Positions 1-10,379 of a DNA stretch of 64,000 nucleotides are shown in pieces (position 1 is the first letter of the stretch; each line of letters opens with the position of its first letter). A model generated the notes under the pieces. It was not told the DNA's origin. It did no database searches and saw only the letters and a list, made by a program, of their open reading frames with translations. The DNA is from a virus (Duplodnaviria; Heunggongvirae; Uroviricota; Caudoviricetes): positions 1 through 64,000 of IMG/VR virus record IMGVR_UViG_2711768037_000005. One strand, written 5' to 3'. The position numbers were made by a program, and so were the translations under genes.

Positions 1-142
1 GATCCTGGCATACAGGGTTGGTGTGTGAAAATAACTGATTAAGTGAGGAGGATGGTGTTGAAAAATAGGTAATCATATAACTATATAAATATGATGTGTG
101 ATATTAATTCACCATCCCGATTTGGCTTTTCATGGAGGAAAT

Positions 143-466
143 ATGTCGAACGAGATGGCGAGCGTGACAACAGAGCAAGTTGAGCGCATTGCCGCGATCG
201 TTGCTAGGGAAGTTGTTGGCAAATTAGGTAAAGAGCTACGAGAAGAAATTGGCCAAGAGGTCAACGACCAGCTTAAAACCTACTTTGGTGACATGACCCC
301 TGCGCAACATAGTATTCAACACTCTAATCTGGACAAACTCCTTAACCGGTTAGATTCCATCTCCAGTGGGTTCTTTGGCGGCATTGTATCTAAAATAACG
401 TCGTTCATTATTACCGCACTGCTTTTGGGGTTAGCCGCGTATGGCGTAAAAAATGGACTGCAATAA
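143..466 (+). CDS. hypothetical membrane protein with single C-terminal TM helix; possible holin or lysis regulator
   Basis: ORF track 98..466; ATG at 143 preceded by GGAGG; hydrophobic C-terminus ITSFIITALLLGLAAYGV; sits immediately upstream of the putative lysis genes. Confidence 0.3.
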   Translation: MSNEMASVTTEQVERIAAIVAREVVGKLGKELREEIGQEVNDQLKTYFGDMTPAQHSIQHSNLDKLLNRLDSISSGFFGGIVSKITSFIITALLLGLAAYGVKNGLQ

Positions 467-479
467 CAGGAGATCAAGG

Positions 480-1172
480 ATGAAGACTCCGAGAGGCATT
501 CGTAATAATAACCCCGGTAATCTGGATAAAGGATCACCGTGGCAAGGTCTGGTTGCGAATCCAGACGAACCGCGCTTTTGCACGTTTAAAGACCCTGTTT
601 GGGGGATTCGTGCGCTGGCGGTGACTCTAATTACCTACCACGACAAACGTCGCGCAAAAGACGGCTCAAGTATCGATACCATTCGTGAAGTTATTGAACG
701 TTGGGCACCGCCGAATGAAAACAACACTGACGCCTACATTAATGAGGTGTCTAAAGCCGTTGGTGTAACCGCAGACATGATCATCGATCTGCATGATTAC
801 GACATCCTTCGACCTTTGGTTGAGGCAATCATTCGCCACGAGAATGGTCGAGGTCCACTAAAAACGCTGAATACCTGGTATGCGGCAGAAGTTATTGAGG
901 AAGGTCTGCGTCGAGCTGGCGTCGTTAAGCCGGTGAAAACCGTGAAGGCTGTTCCTGTAACTAAAGAAACCGCAGGCGCAACTGTCACAGCAGGTATTGG
1001 TCTGGCGCAGCTTGCCGATGTTATGCCGCAGGTTTCCGCAGCTATGGATAAAGCACAAGGTCATATCTCTAGCGGGGATACAGTACGCATCATCTTCGGT
1101 ATTGCCACTATTGTTGTAGCAGGATTCATTGCCTGGTCGCAGGTAAGAAAACACCAGAAAGGGATGGTCTAA
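480..1172 (+). CDS. putative cell-wall hydrolase or lysis protein with conserved RNNNPGN motif and C-terminal TM anchor
   Basis: ORF 453..1172; likely ATG at 480 after CAGGAG; motif GIRNNNPGNL near N-terminus; hydrophobic segment IIFGIATIVVAGFIAW near C-terminus; position directly upstream of the spanin pair. Confidence 0.35.
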   Translation: MKTPRGIRNNNPGNLDKGSPWQGLVANPDEPRFCTFKDPVWGIRALAVTLITYHDKRRAKDGSSIDTIREVIERWAPPNENNTDAYINEVSKAVGVTADMIIDLHDYDILRPLVEAIIRHENGRGPLKTLNTWYAAEVIEEGLRRAGVVKPVKTVKAVPVTKETAGATVTAGIGLAQLADVMPQVSAAMDKAQGHISSGDTVRIIFGIATIVVAGFIAWSQVRKHQKGMV

Positions 1173-1173
1173 T

Positions 1174-1425
1174 ATGCTAGGCAGCCTGATGACAAAGCTA
1201 AAAGTTGCTTTGATTACGCTGGCTGCCGTTCTTTTCGTTCTGGTCGGCGCTTACACGATGGGCGGAAATGCGGCGCGACGAGCAATAGAAGAGAAGGCAA
1301 AACAGGAAGACAGGAAACGACTTCAAAGCACAGTGGACGTCAAAAATGAAACACTTGATGAGTTACGGAGCAAGGATGCTTCTACTGTTCATCATGAGTT
1401 GCACAATAAGTGGTTGCGTGATTAA
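1174..1425 (+). CDS. i-spanin (Rz-like)
   Basis: N-terminal TM LKVALITLAAVLFVLVGAYT followed by charged coiled-coil-like region; overlaps a lipoprotein ORF in another frame. Confidence 0.5.
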   Translation: MLGSLMTKLKVALITLAAVLFVLVGAYTMGGNAARRAIEEKAKQEDRKRLQSTVDVKNETLDELRSKDASTVHHELHNKWLRD

Positions 1426-1576
1426 GCCTCAACCCGCTGGTGTGCTTTTCTGCGATGCGGCTACACCGCTATACATCAGCCGTGATGATCTCATGACCGA
1501 AGAGACTGAAAGAGAGGTGCTTTTTCACAATATGATAGGGGAGCGATTGTGTGGATGGGGCAGAAAAGTACCATAA
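1346..1576 (+). CDS. o-spanin (Rz1-like) lipoprotein, overlapping the i-spanin gene out of frame
   Basis: Signal-like LLLFIMSCTISGC with lipobox-like cysteines, proline-rich mature part; overlapping Rz/Rz1 architecture; start may be the internal Met. Confidence 0.45.
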   Translation: MKHLMSYGARMLLLFIMSCTISGCVIKPQPAGVLFCDAATPLYISRDDLMTEETEREVLFHNMIGERLCGWGRKVP

Positions 1577-1753
1577 CAGAAGAGGAGTTTTCTAACATAA
1601 AATTTGCATATTATTAGAGCACAAGGTAGATTTGGCACATGGATGTCAAGTAAATCATCCCTTGCATTAATGCTGCGACGCATACTCGTAGCCTCTAAAC
1701 CCTGATAAGGGTCGCCGCTATGACATTAAGTTAATACCGGCTAAGGTGGACAC

Positions 1754-2137
1754 ATGCTGAACGAAAAACGTTCTATACAAACAATTCGCGATTGCACGAG
1801 TGTTATCGCAACTCATGTGCTGAATAAGCGCAAACTTGAGGTGCGTAAACTTAACAACGATGCGACTGCGCCAAAAGACACTCGCTTCATCGTAACTTTC
1901 AAAGACGATGTTGAGAATGCTGGTGCCAGTGTAAAACCGTTGGCTGAAGCGATTTTCCTGAACGATCGTGTTCGTTTCATTGTGAAGCCAGCAAAACAAT
2001 ACCCTGAATTAGCACGGTTTAGTGACCAATTCTCTGAAATTATTGAGAGTGCAATTCGCCGCTTTCTTAATACACATGGTAGCATTGTCAGCAATACAAC
2101 TGCTGATGGTACTGCTCTAAGATGGCACCTACACTAG
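1754..2137 (+). CDS. hypothetical protein
   Basis: ORF track; no recognisable motif. Confidence 0.4.
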   Translation: MLNEKRSIQTIRDCTSVIATHVLNKRKLEVRKLNNDATAPKDTRFIVTFKDDVENAGASVKPLAEAIFLNDRVRFIVKPAKQYPELARFSDQFSEIIESAIRRFLNTHGSIVSNTTADGTALRWHLH

Positions 2138-2874
2138 AACGCACATACTCTAAAAATCTTTATGAGTTTCCTCACCGTGGGGAAACTCGCGTTTCACGTT
2201 TTGGCTACCTCATCAACGAAGCATCGCTTTTCAAAATATCCGAAATAACCATTATCGAGCCTGATGATGATATCTGTCTGTATATCCTGATGGAGAAAGT
2301 TGGAGCACGAGATCAGGGTGAACTGATGGACTTCATTCTGGACAGAGGCGAAGATGGAATGTCTGATTCGGACATTATTCAAGCAATTCTGCGTTCCGAC
2401 ATGCTCGATCAGAGTAGAAACACGATAGCAGGCAGAATTGCCTTGCGTGAATACACATTCATCGAGGATGGGGTAGAGATTGACTGCTATCAGATTGCAG
2501 GTGTTGAGACAGAAAGAGCAATAAGGCAAAGGGGACTATGCAACCTCACGTATCGCTTCCTCCTTCATTGGTACGAACATCTTGTCTGTGATTACAATCA
2601 GACCATTCCTGGCGCAAAAATCTGGGCCGGTCCATTAATGCGAACAGGTGATGTAAGAATTTACAACGCAAAAACTGAGATGTTCGAGGATGTGTTAGGC
2701 GAATATGGGATGGGAAAAGAAACCGGCTTTTTGCCGTGGAACAGAGGATTGTTACTTGATCCAGAATTAAGCTCTTGGTTTCCAAATAAGGTGCAAGTTA
2801 ACGTTGAGAAATTTATCGTACTTATCATCTCCCGCAAAACAAGAACCCCAGTTGGTTTATATCTAAAAGATTAA
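2122..2874 (+). CDS. hypothetical protein
   Basis: ORF track; followed by an intrinsic terminator. Confidence 0.45.
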   Translation: MAPTLERTYSKNLYEFPHRGETRVSRFGYLINEASLFKISEITIIEPDDDICLYILMEKVGARDQGELMDFILDRGEDGMSDSDIIQAILRSDMLDQSRNTIAGRIALREYTFIEDGVEIDCYQIAGVETERAIRQRGLCNLTYRFLLHWYEHLVCDYNQTIPGAKIWAGPLMRTGDVRIYNAKTEMFEDVLGEYGMGKETGFLPWNRGLLLDPELSSWFPNKVQVNVEKFIVLIISRKTRTPVGLYLKD

Positions 2875-2879
2875 CAATT

Positions 2880-2903
2880 AGGCGACTTCGGTCGCCTTTT
2901 TTG
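2880..2903 (+). terminator. rho-independent terminator
   Basis: Hairpin AGGCGACTTCGGTCGCCT followed by TTTTTT. Confidence 0.5.
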
Positions 2904-3050
2904 TTAACAGCCATTGATTCTCGCCTAAAAATTCTAAGGCAGCACCAACCATTTAACCTTTACACAGCAGCCGTAGGCATTTAGGCTATATCACATATAA
3001 GAAAACAAGTTGTTTCAGACAATAATAATAGACGCAAAGGGAACTCTCCA

Positions 3051-3719
3051 ATGACCAAGATCTTTGTGGTTGGCGGCACAAAGGGCGGGCCTGGCAAATC
3101 CACCGTTGCCCAGCAAATTGCCGTTTGCCTGAAAGTCAAAAAGAAGAAGAAGGTTTATATTACCGATATAGATATTCAGCGCACGACAACGAGCTGGTGT
3201 GAAGACCGTCGACAGAACGAAAACCTTGAGCTGATTCCTTTTGCATATGTTCAGGATGACATCATTAAGCATCTAAAATCGCTTCAGGGTAGAGCTGAGT
3301 TTGTAGTGGTAGATGCTGGTGGCTTCGACTCCGAAATTCAGCGACAAGCGATGCTGATGGCTGACGTTATCATTATCCCGCTGCGTCCTAAGCGTCGTGA
3401 TTTGAAATCTTTACGTGACATCGATCCTATTATCGACAATGTTCGCAATGTAAACGATAAAGTGAAGGTCCGTGCGGTCATGAACCAGTGCCCGGCTTTG
3501 CCATCACAAGTGTCTCGCATTCTGGCGGCTAAAGAGATTGTCGAGACGTTTGGCATCGAGCCTGCGCCTGTCAATCTATATAACCGCAACGTCTACGATG
3601 ATGCGGAAGAGTCTGGTCGTTCTATCTTTGAAATGACCGGTAGCGAGCGCGACAAAAAGGCGGAAGCCGAGTTTGAAGAATTTGTAGATTATCTATTGAG
3701 TCTGGAGGAAGAAGAATAA
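3051..3719 (+). CDS. parA: ParA/MinD-family partition ATPase (small ParA type)
   Basis: Deviant Walker A GGTKGGPGKST at N-terminus; 222 aa; stop overlaps start of a small downstream gene. Confidence 0.75.
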   Translation: MTKIFVVGGTKGGPGKSTVAQQIAVCLKVKKKKKVYITDIDIQRTTTSWCEDRRQNENLELIPFAYVQDDIIKHLKSLQGRAEFVVVDAGGFDSEIQRQAMLMADVIIIPLRPKRRDLKSLRDIDPIIDNVRNVNDKVKVRAVMNQCPALPSQVSRILAAKEIVETFGIEPAPVNLYNRNVYDDAEESGRSIFEMTGSERDKKAEAEFEEFVDYLLSLEEEE

Positions 3720-4078
3720 TGTCCATGAAAATGGGTGACCTAGCAAAGCGCAAAGAACCAGATGCACTGGCCAAGAACACAACTCCTTTGCGCCAACCAG
3801 TCAGACCACAGGGACGCCCGACTCGTGGCAAAGAGAAAATTAAAAGCCGCACAATGTCGCTGGAGGACGAATACTTTGAACTTCTGGAAATGATGAAGTG
3901 TATCCCTCGCTTCGAGAAGTTCACCCGTTCTGATGTGATTCGCGCAGCCATTTTCCATCTGGCAGAGAAGTCACCGCAGGAAATCGAGGACATTGTGAAA
4001 CTTAACGAGGCGATCACAGCTGCCGATGTAACGATGCGTACCGATGAAATCAAGCGAGAACTCATGAAAAAAGGCTGA
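3719..4078 (+). CDS. small ribbon-helix-helix-like partner protein (ParG/ParB-like centromere binder), putative
   Basis: Translationally coupled to parA (TAATG overlap); 119 aa with basic N-terminus and RHH-like segment MSLEDEYFELLEMMK. Confidence 0.4.
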   Translation: MSMKMGDLAKRKEPDALAKNTTPLRQPVRPQGRPTRGKEKIKSRTMSLEDEYFELLEMMKCIPRFEKFTRSDVIRAAIFHLAEKSPQEIEDIVKLNEAITAADVTMRTDEIKRELMKKG

Positions 4079-4108
4079 CAACTTCCGGTCTGGCAGCTTC
4101 AATCAGAA

Positions 4109-4166
4109 CCTGTTTCTGTATATAAATAATAAGTAACTTATTATTTATACGGAAGCAGGTCTTTTA
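4109..4166. terminator. large AT-rich hairpin with T-run; likely bidirectional terminator
   Basis: CCTGTTTCTGTATATAAAT ... ATTTATACGGAAGCAGG inverted repeat then TCTTTT; near-identical element at 50821-50893. Confidence 0.45.
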
Positions 4167-4267
4167 AAAGAAACCCACCAGAACAACTCCCTTCCGTTTT
4201 CACTTCCAAAAACTGACACCAGTCGCTATCATCCGCTCATTGCAATAAGTAAGTAACAACCTACCTG

Positions 4268-5017
4268 GTGAGCCACATGAGCCAAATCTTTTTCGATACC
4301 ATCGACAACGACCAGTACGACTTCATGACAGAGTGGAATACCGCTGTTATGGACAAGTGGGTCGCTGAAAACATTGGTTTGTCGCGCTGTAAAGACGAGG
4401 CTGAACTCTTCGAGACGAAGTGGTTTGATTACCGCGACATGCATCCTCTGATGGCCACCTGTCTTTTTACGGAGGCATACAAACGTCAGTACTCAAATAT
4501 CATGCTGACGCACGGTCGTGAACACTTTGAAACAGCTCCGTTCACCACCGGGTTAAAACGCCTGCCTTATCAGGAGTTGTCGACTGCTAATAAAACGTCG
4601 CTATGGAAAGCACGCCAGTTTGCGGATCGCTATTGCTGCTCATACGACTACTTTATCTCCACCGTTCTTTCCGCAGCTGCACGACGGCTGTGGGACAAGC
4701 TGCCGCGCCCACAGCATTTATGGCAGCCAGAGCTGGTTGAGATATTCGAAGAGAAATTAGCCAGACGCGCAACAACACGTCTAGATGATTCTCTGATTAG
4801 CTTTAAGCATATGGGAGACATGCAGTTCAACCCGATTCAGGAAAGCTATTTTGAGTGGATTCTGGAGCGTTTGCGCACTATCCCTCGCAGCAAGCGCATA
4901 CGCGCAATTTTCTCCGCTATCTGGTTAATGGAAATCGTTCCAGAACGCCTTATTTCCGCCCACTTTCCAGAAGAACTGGAAGAAGCACGGCGGTTTATTG
5001 ATCCCCTATCTAATTAA
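4268..5017 (+). CDS. hypothetical protein (position suggests a helicase-associated factor)
   Basis: ORF track; immediately upstream of the helicase gene. Confidence 0.45.
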   Translation: MSHMSQIFFDTIDNDQYDFMTEWNTAVMDKWVAENIGLSRCKDEAELFETKWFDYRDMHPLMATCLFTEAYKRQYSNIMLTHGREHFETAPFTTGLKRLPYQELSTANKTSLWKARQFADRYCCSYDYFISTVLSAAARRLWDKLPRPQHLWQPELVEIFEEKLARRATTRLDDSLISFKHMGDMQFNPIQESYFEWILERLRTIPRSKRIRAIFSAIWLMEIVPERLISAHFPEELEEARRFIDPLSN

Positions 5018-5060
5018 CTAATGCTAGAAAACAATTTGTTTAAAAAACAAAGGAAAGCAC

Positions 5061-6401
5061 ATGACAGAACTTTGCCATACAGGACGCGGGCTGTCCGAAG
5101 AATTTGATGAAGATTTTCAGAACAGATTGACGGCCTATTTTTGTCGTGATCACGAGTTTCTTACTCGTGCGGGAGATCTTGTTGTGCCTAGCCAATTTGC
5201 CAATGCGGCCAATGCCATATTGGTTAATATGGTTTCGGGCTATTATCGTATGTACAAGAGCGCGCCCTCTTCATCTGCAATTCTGGATATGCTTAAGCGT
5301 GCGAAACGCGATAAGACTATCCGTGAGGAACTATTCGCCGATGTTGTTGCTGCGTTTAAGCGCATTCTTGCAGAAAAATTGTCCGATACCTCGTACATGG
5401 TTGACCAGGTATCAACCTTCGCAAAAAGCGTAGCGTTTGATGATGCTCTGATTAAGGCTGCTGAACTGAAAGAGAAAGGCGACTTTCAGGGGGCGATGGC
5501 AATCATGGCCAAGGTTCAGCAGATTGGATCGAACGAAGCGACCGGAATCTATGACTACTACACCTCCGCAAGTGAGCGATTGAAAGCGCGTGAATATGAG
5601 GCTTCAGAGGAGTATGTGCCAAACAGCATTACAACTGGACTCCCTCTGCTCGATAGGTTGCTGTACCAAAAAGGCTGGGCGAAGCGTGAAATGGTGCTCT
5701 TCATGGGGTTCGCTAAATCCGGTAAATCGACCGCAATGGGTGAGTTTTCCATAAACGCAACGCTTGCTGGCTACAATGTTCTGTATCTCTCGCTGGAGGT
5801 TCACACCAACATTTTGTCCGACCGTTTTGATGCAAGATTGTCGGAGACGGAAATGTCCAAGTTGGTGGAACGGCGCGATGAAGTTCATCGTAAGTTGGCA
5901 GAGTTGGGAGCCTCTAAGGGGATTGGTAGTTTGTGGGTTGTTGAGCGTCCGTCAGGAAGTATGTCACCGGCAGATCTGGACCGTATGCTTAACAGTATGA
6001 AAGCCAATGGCATGGTGCCTGACATGGTTGTTGTCGACTACGCAGATTTGATGCGTGCCAGTTATGACCTTCGTGATGATCGCGCCAACATTCGTAGTAT
6101 CTACACCGATTTACGTGCTCTTTATGACAAGCATAACGTTGCTGGGATCACGGCATCGCAGACAAACCGTGAAGGTGGCGCGTCAGAAGTTGCCACAATG
6201 ATGCACGCTGCTGACAACATCGAAAAAGTACGTATTGCTGACCTGGTAATAACGATCAATAAAACCGAAGAAGAAGAAGCGAAAGGAGAGGCTCGTCTCT
6301 ACTTTGCCGGTTCACGTAACCAGCAGGGAGGGATCAGCATTCGCGTTAAACAAAACCTCGAACAAATGCGCTTCATTCAGCGAATCTTAGACGTTACCTA
6401 A
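5061..6401 (+). CDS. DnaB-family replicative DNA helicase
   Basis: Walker A GFAKSGKST and RecA-like C-terminal domain; 446 aa; followed by primase. Confidence 0.6.
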   Translation: MTELCHTGRGLSEEFDEDFQNRLTAYFCRDHEFLTRAGDLVVPSQFANAANAILVNMVSGYYRMYKSAPSSSAILDMLKRAKRDKTIREELFADVVAAFKRILAEKLSDTSYMVDQVSTFAKSVAFDDALIKAAELKEKGDFQGAMAIMAKVQQIGSNEATGIYDYYTSASERLKAREYEASEEYVPNSITTGLPLLDRLLYQKGWAKREMVLFMGFAKSGKSTAMGEFSINATLAGYNVLYLSLEVHTNILSDRFDARLSETEMSKLVERRDEVHRKLAELGASKGIGSLWVVERPSGSMSPADLDRMLNSMKANGMVPDMVVVDYADLMRASYDLRDDRANIRSIYTDLRALYDKHNVAGITASQTNREGGASEVATMMHAADNIEKVRIADLVITINKTEEEEAKGEARLYFAGSRNQQGGISIRVKQNLEQMRFIQRILDVT

Positions 6402-6481
6402 AAAATAAGCGTGGAGAACACCTCCACGCTTGATTCATTGGTGAAACAACTTTTCTTTTGCCAAACCACAAAAGAAAAACA

Positions 6482-7664
6482 CATGAGCCTTTATGTTATA
6501 TCAACATTTAGGTTGGTCACAATATTGCCTGTTAAAAGTGGAATTATCGTGAGCGAGCTGAAAGAGCTAATTGCCGAATTAGATTTTGAACAATGGTTGG
6601 ATACTGAAGGTATCGTTTATCGACGTGGAGGCGTGAGTGCTCGCGGTCGTGAAGTGAATATCAAGGAGTGTCCGGTATGCGGCAGCTCCAACTGGAAGGT
6701 ATATTTCAATCTGACCAGTGGCGTCGGCAAATGCTTCGCTGGTGATCATCCCGAAGAGATTCAGTTCAATAAGCTGGTCTTCCTCAAGCACTACAGCGGT
6801 AAATCACGACGACAGTTCGAGGAATATGTGCAGAACGCTCTTCTTTCCCAGGGGTGGGCACCAAAGAAAGAAGAGATAGTGCTTGCAAGCACAGTCGAGT
6901 TAGAGGGACCACTTGCACTCCCTCGTCATTACGAACTTCCTATAGATGGCCGTCTTCCAGACTATCTGGTTGAACGAAACATATCGCCTGAAATGGCAAA
7001 GTATTTTGACCTACGATACTGCGTCGAAGGCAAGCACGCTTATGTAGATCCGTATACAGATCAGGTTAAAGGACAGATATTCGATATGCGAATACTGATA
7101 CCGGTTTACGATCTGGATGGGGTAATGAAGACATTTCAGGGACGAGACATTACCGGTACAGCAGAACGCCGCTACCTCTTTCCTATGCAGCTTCCAGCTT
7201 CAGGTAAGTTTCTCTACAACGGCCATAATGCAGTCGGCAAACAGACTGTAGTTGTCTGTGAGGGGGCGTTCGATGTTATGGGGGTTAAACGAGCTATTTT
7301 TTACGAAGAAACATTACGTGATTACGTGGAACCAATAGGAACGTTCGGGATGCATCTATCTGGTAACACCACTCAGGATGCAGAAGATCAGTTAGGCGCG
7401 TTCCTGACGCTCAAGGCGCGTGGGTTACGTAATGTGATCATGATGTGGGATAGTGAAAAGCAAGCTATACGCAACACTATGGCCGCAGCCAGGCGACTGA
7501 CCAGTATCGGTCTTAATGTCAAAGTTGCGTGTTTGGGTGAGGAAGGACTCGACCCGGGCGGTGCAACGCCAGAACAAATTATCAAAGCCTATTATCGGGC
7601 AAAACCGTATACCAAACAGTTGGAGTTGCAAAGCAAGATTTTGGGCATTAAGGCGCTATCGTAA
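6482..7664 (+). CDS. DNA primase (zinc-ribbon plus TOPRIM)
   Basis: CPVCGSSNWKVYFN zinc-binding motif; TOPRIM-like VVVCEGAFDVMGV and MMWDSEKQ; ATG at 6482 has the conserved AAAGAAAAACACATG context (ORF track start 6411). Confidence 0.6.
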
Positions 7665-7739
7665 CAAGCGCCGCCAAAATAAGTAGATGGTTACTTATCT
7701 TTCTGTAAGAATACTTTCATCTGTTAGCTAGGAGTTGGT

Positions 7740-8522
7740 ATGAAAGACGAAATTCAGAAATTAGCCTGCGACATCATTGATAAAACTGGTTTAGAAATCA
7801 GCGAGAGCAATCGGCTAGACATCATTGAAAAAGCCGTCAATACGGCAATGGATCATATCGCCACTCGTTTGGTCGAGATCCCGCTACCGGGGCTACCTTA
7901 TCTGAAGGTTAAGTTGTGCGTATGGGGCGAACCTGCACATGCACGACGTTCTGCATTAGTTGTTTTTGTACGCAAAGAAAACTTACGAACTCTAAAAGTG
8001 CAGGTTGGGGCGTGGTTTGATGGCAGAGTCATCTATACAGATACCATTATCTGTCCTCCAGGTGACGAACATATTGAAGCCGTCATTCGAGAATCAATTC
8101 GAGCTATGCGCAGTTTAGCTTTGCTGGAAGACAAGCAAAACTTTGAAGATTACTTGCTGTCGGTAAAAGCTGAACCAACATTGTCTCTGAAAGCCGATTT
8201 CGTAACTCCGACAAACCTGTTGGATGTTTTGATTAATAAAGGTGCTAGTGATGCCGTAAATGTAATCAGGGAGAGCGAATATTCGACTCTTTGCGACATG
8301 TGCAGAAGTCAGTTGGATCTTGTGCATATCGTTGTTGATGCGGGGAAGGCATGTGATGGAGTAATAGCGGAATTTGCTGGGAAGATGGTCAGGATTGCTA
8401 ACGAATTACCGATGATAGAGCAAGAGGCTAAATCATACGCCACCAATCATGTCACAGAGCTTCTTGCCCCCTATCGCTTAGAAAGCGATCAGCGCAAGAT
8501 GATTAGCTGGGGAAGTTGGTAA
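7740..8522 (+). CDS. hypothetical protein
   Basis: ORF track. Confidence 0.45.
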   Translation: MKDEIQKLACDIIDKTGLEISESNRLDIIEKAVNTAMDHIATRLVEIPLPGLPYLKVKLCVWGEPAHARRSALVVFVRKENLRTLKVQVGAWFDGRVIYTDTIICPPGDEHIEAVIRESIRAMRSLALLEDKQNFEDYLLSVKAEPTLSLKADFVTPTNLLDVLINKGASDAVNVIRESEYSTLCDMCRSQLDLVHIVVDAGKACDGVIAEFAGKMVRIANELPMIEQEAKSYATNHVTELLAPYRLESDQRKMISWGSW

Positions 8523-8589
8523 GCTCTCTGTGTGTCGTTTTTTACGCAAATAATGATAGGTAAGCACAAGATTATTTCTGGCGGTAATT

Positions 8590-9060
8590 GTGAAAGCTGA
8601 TTTGTCAAAAATCCCTTCTATTTCAGGAAATAACGGTTATTCACTTCGTTGTGAGGAAGTAAAGATAAACGGTGAGTCGGCATATTGCAGCTATTCCGTT
8701 TGCCAGCACACCATTCTTGCCTTCAAAGAAAACCGTCTTCCTCGAACTTCTTTCCAGTCGTGCGCAACCGCTATTAAAGCAGGCAAATGCAAGGCGTTAA
8801 AAATGATGGTTGAAGAGATTCGTAAAGGAGAATCTCTGTATTTCGAAGATATGACCGCACTCATTAAGGAGGTTGAAGAACGGAATAAACAAGCCAGAAC
8901 TATAAAACGAAAACGTGACAGTGTAACGATTAATGACATGGTTAAGAAGAGCGCCACATCACAAACAACGATCACTGACGTGTATGCGGCGTTGCTTGAA
9001 GAAACAACAAAAGAAACACATGAGCAAATCGATCAACATATGGAGGCAAAACAACAATGA
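8590..9060 (+). CDS. hypothetical protein
   Basis: ORF track; start uncertain. Confidence 0.35.
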   Translation: MKADLSKIPSISGNNGYSLRCEEVKINGESAYCSYSVCQHTILAFKENRLPRTSFQSCATAIKAGKCKALKMMVEEIRKGESLYFEDMTALIKEVEERNKQARTIKRKRDSVTINDMVKKSATSQTTITDVYAALLEETTKETHEQIDQHMEAKQQ

Positions 9061-10379
9061 AAAAGTTGATCGCACTTAAGCATAAGCTGGACGAAATGAA
9101 AGCTATGGGAACCAATGCAAAAAAAGAGGCATTGGCCAACATGGATGACTTTGAACAAAGCATGGTTTCATTGATGCTCAACCCTTTCATCCGTTTTGGG
9201 GTAAAGAAATACAAAGTGGCAGAGCCGCTTAGTGAGTCCGTCCCAAGTGACGAAAAAGCCATTGATATACTGAATAAGCTGGCCTCTCGCGAGCTGACGG
9301 GGAACGCAGCAATAGCAGCTGTTGAGTCTATCGTGGCGTCAATGTGCGCCGATGGGCAGGACGTGTTCCGTCGTTTCCTCTTAAAAGACCCGAAAGCAGG
9401 TGTTGGGATTAGCCTATGCAACAAGGTTTTTGAAAATCCCATTCCGAAATTCGAGGTGCAGCTGGCGTCACCGTATAAAGAAAAAGGCGACAAATACCCC
9501 TTCAAGCCAAATGCTAAAGCAAAATGGCCGATGATTGGCAGTCTTAAGCTCGATGGTTTGCGAGTAATTTGCGAGGTTATTGTTGACGAGGAAGAGGTTA
9601 ACTTCCTTTCTCGTACTGGTAATCCAATCACGTCTCTCGATCACCTAAAGCCAGCCATGCTCGAATTAGGCAAACTTTCAGGCCACAAACACATCTTCTT
9701 CGATGGTGAAGGAACTGCCGGTTCATTTAACCAGTCCGTATCTGCATTGCGCAAAAAGAACGTGCAGGCAATTGGCGCTATTTATCATGTTTTCGACTTC
9801 TTCCTACCGGAATGGCGAGCACAGGCTAAATCCAAAGAGTATGCAAAGACAGGTATGAAGCTGAAAGAGCGCCTGGCTATGCTGGTGGCGTTGTTCAAAA
9901 ACGATCGCAGTGAAGGCTACACACAAGACATTCACCTGCATCCGTTCTATATCATCCATAGCCACGAAGACTTCATCGAACGCTTCATGAAACGCCTGGA
10001 CGATAACGAAGAAGGGGAGATGGGCAAAGATCCGAACTCTGTTTACGAGTTTAAACGTACCCGCAGCTGGTGGAAGTTAAAAGACGAAGATTCAGAAGAT
10101 GGTGAAATTATCGACTTTGAGCCGGGCGATCCGGACTCTGGTTTTGCCAACACGCTTGGAAAAATTGTTATTCGTCTTGAAAACGGCGTCATCGTTCGTG
10201 CGAGCGGTATTAAGCATAAATATCTGGACGAGATCTGGAACAACAAAGAGAAGTACCGTGGTCGTATTGTTGAGGTTCATTGTCACGAGAAAACACCGGA
10301 TGGCAGCTTACGCCACCCACGACTGAAATGGCCGCGTTGCTTACGCGATACAGAAGATCGAATCGGAGATAAAGAATGA
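9057..10379 (+). CDS. ATP-dependent DNA ligase
   Basis: Adenylation motif I KLDGLR in SLKLDGLRVICEV; 440 aa. Confidence 0.7.
   Translation: MKKLIALKHKLDEMKAMGTNAKKEALANMDDFEQSMVSLMLNPFIRFGVKKYKVAEPLSESVPSDEKAIDILNKLASRELTGNAAIAAVESIVASMCADGQDVFRRFLLKDPKAGVGISLCNKVFENPIPKFEVQLASPYKEKGDKYPFKPNAKAKWPMIGSLKLDGLRVICEVIVDEEEVNFLSRTGNPITSLDHLKPAMLELGKLSGHKHIFFDGEGTAGSFNQSVSALRKKNVQAIGAIYHVFDFFLPEWRAQAKSKEYAKTGMKLKERLAMLVALFKNDRSEGYTQDIHLHPFYIIHSHEDFIERFMKRLDDNEEGEMGKDPNSVYEFKRTRSWWKLKDEDSEDGEIIDFEPGDPDSGFANTLGKIVIRLENGVIVRASGIKHKYLDEIWNNKEKYRGRIVEVHCHEKTPDGSLRHPRLKWPRCLRDTEDRIGDKE

Noticed and set aside
5146-5433. Alternative-frame plus-strand ORF inside the helicase gene
   Set aside because: Lies entirely within the helicase coding region in another frame with no start context; likely spurious.
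8972-9631. Minus-strand ORFs of 60-220 aa lying inside long plus-strand genes (also 17978-18361, 21430-21762, 23386-23901, 47731-48369)
   Set aside because: They overlap genes with strong motif support on the other strand, lack RBS or start context, and have low-complexity translations typical of antisense frames.
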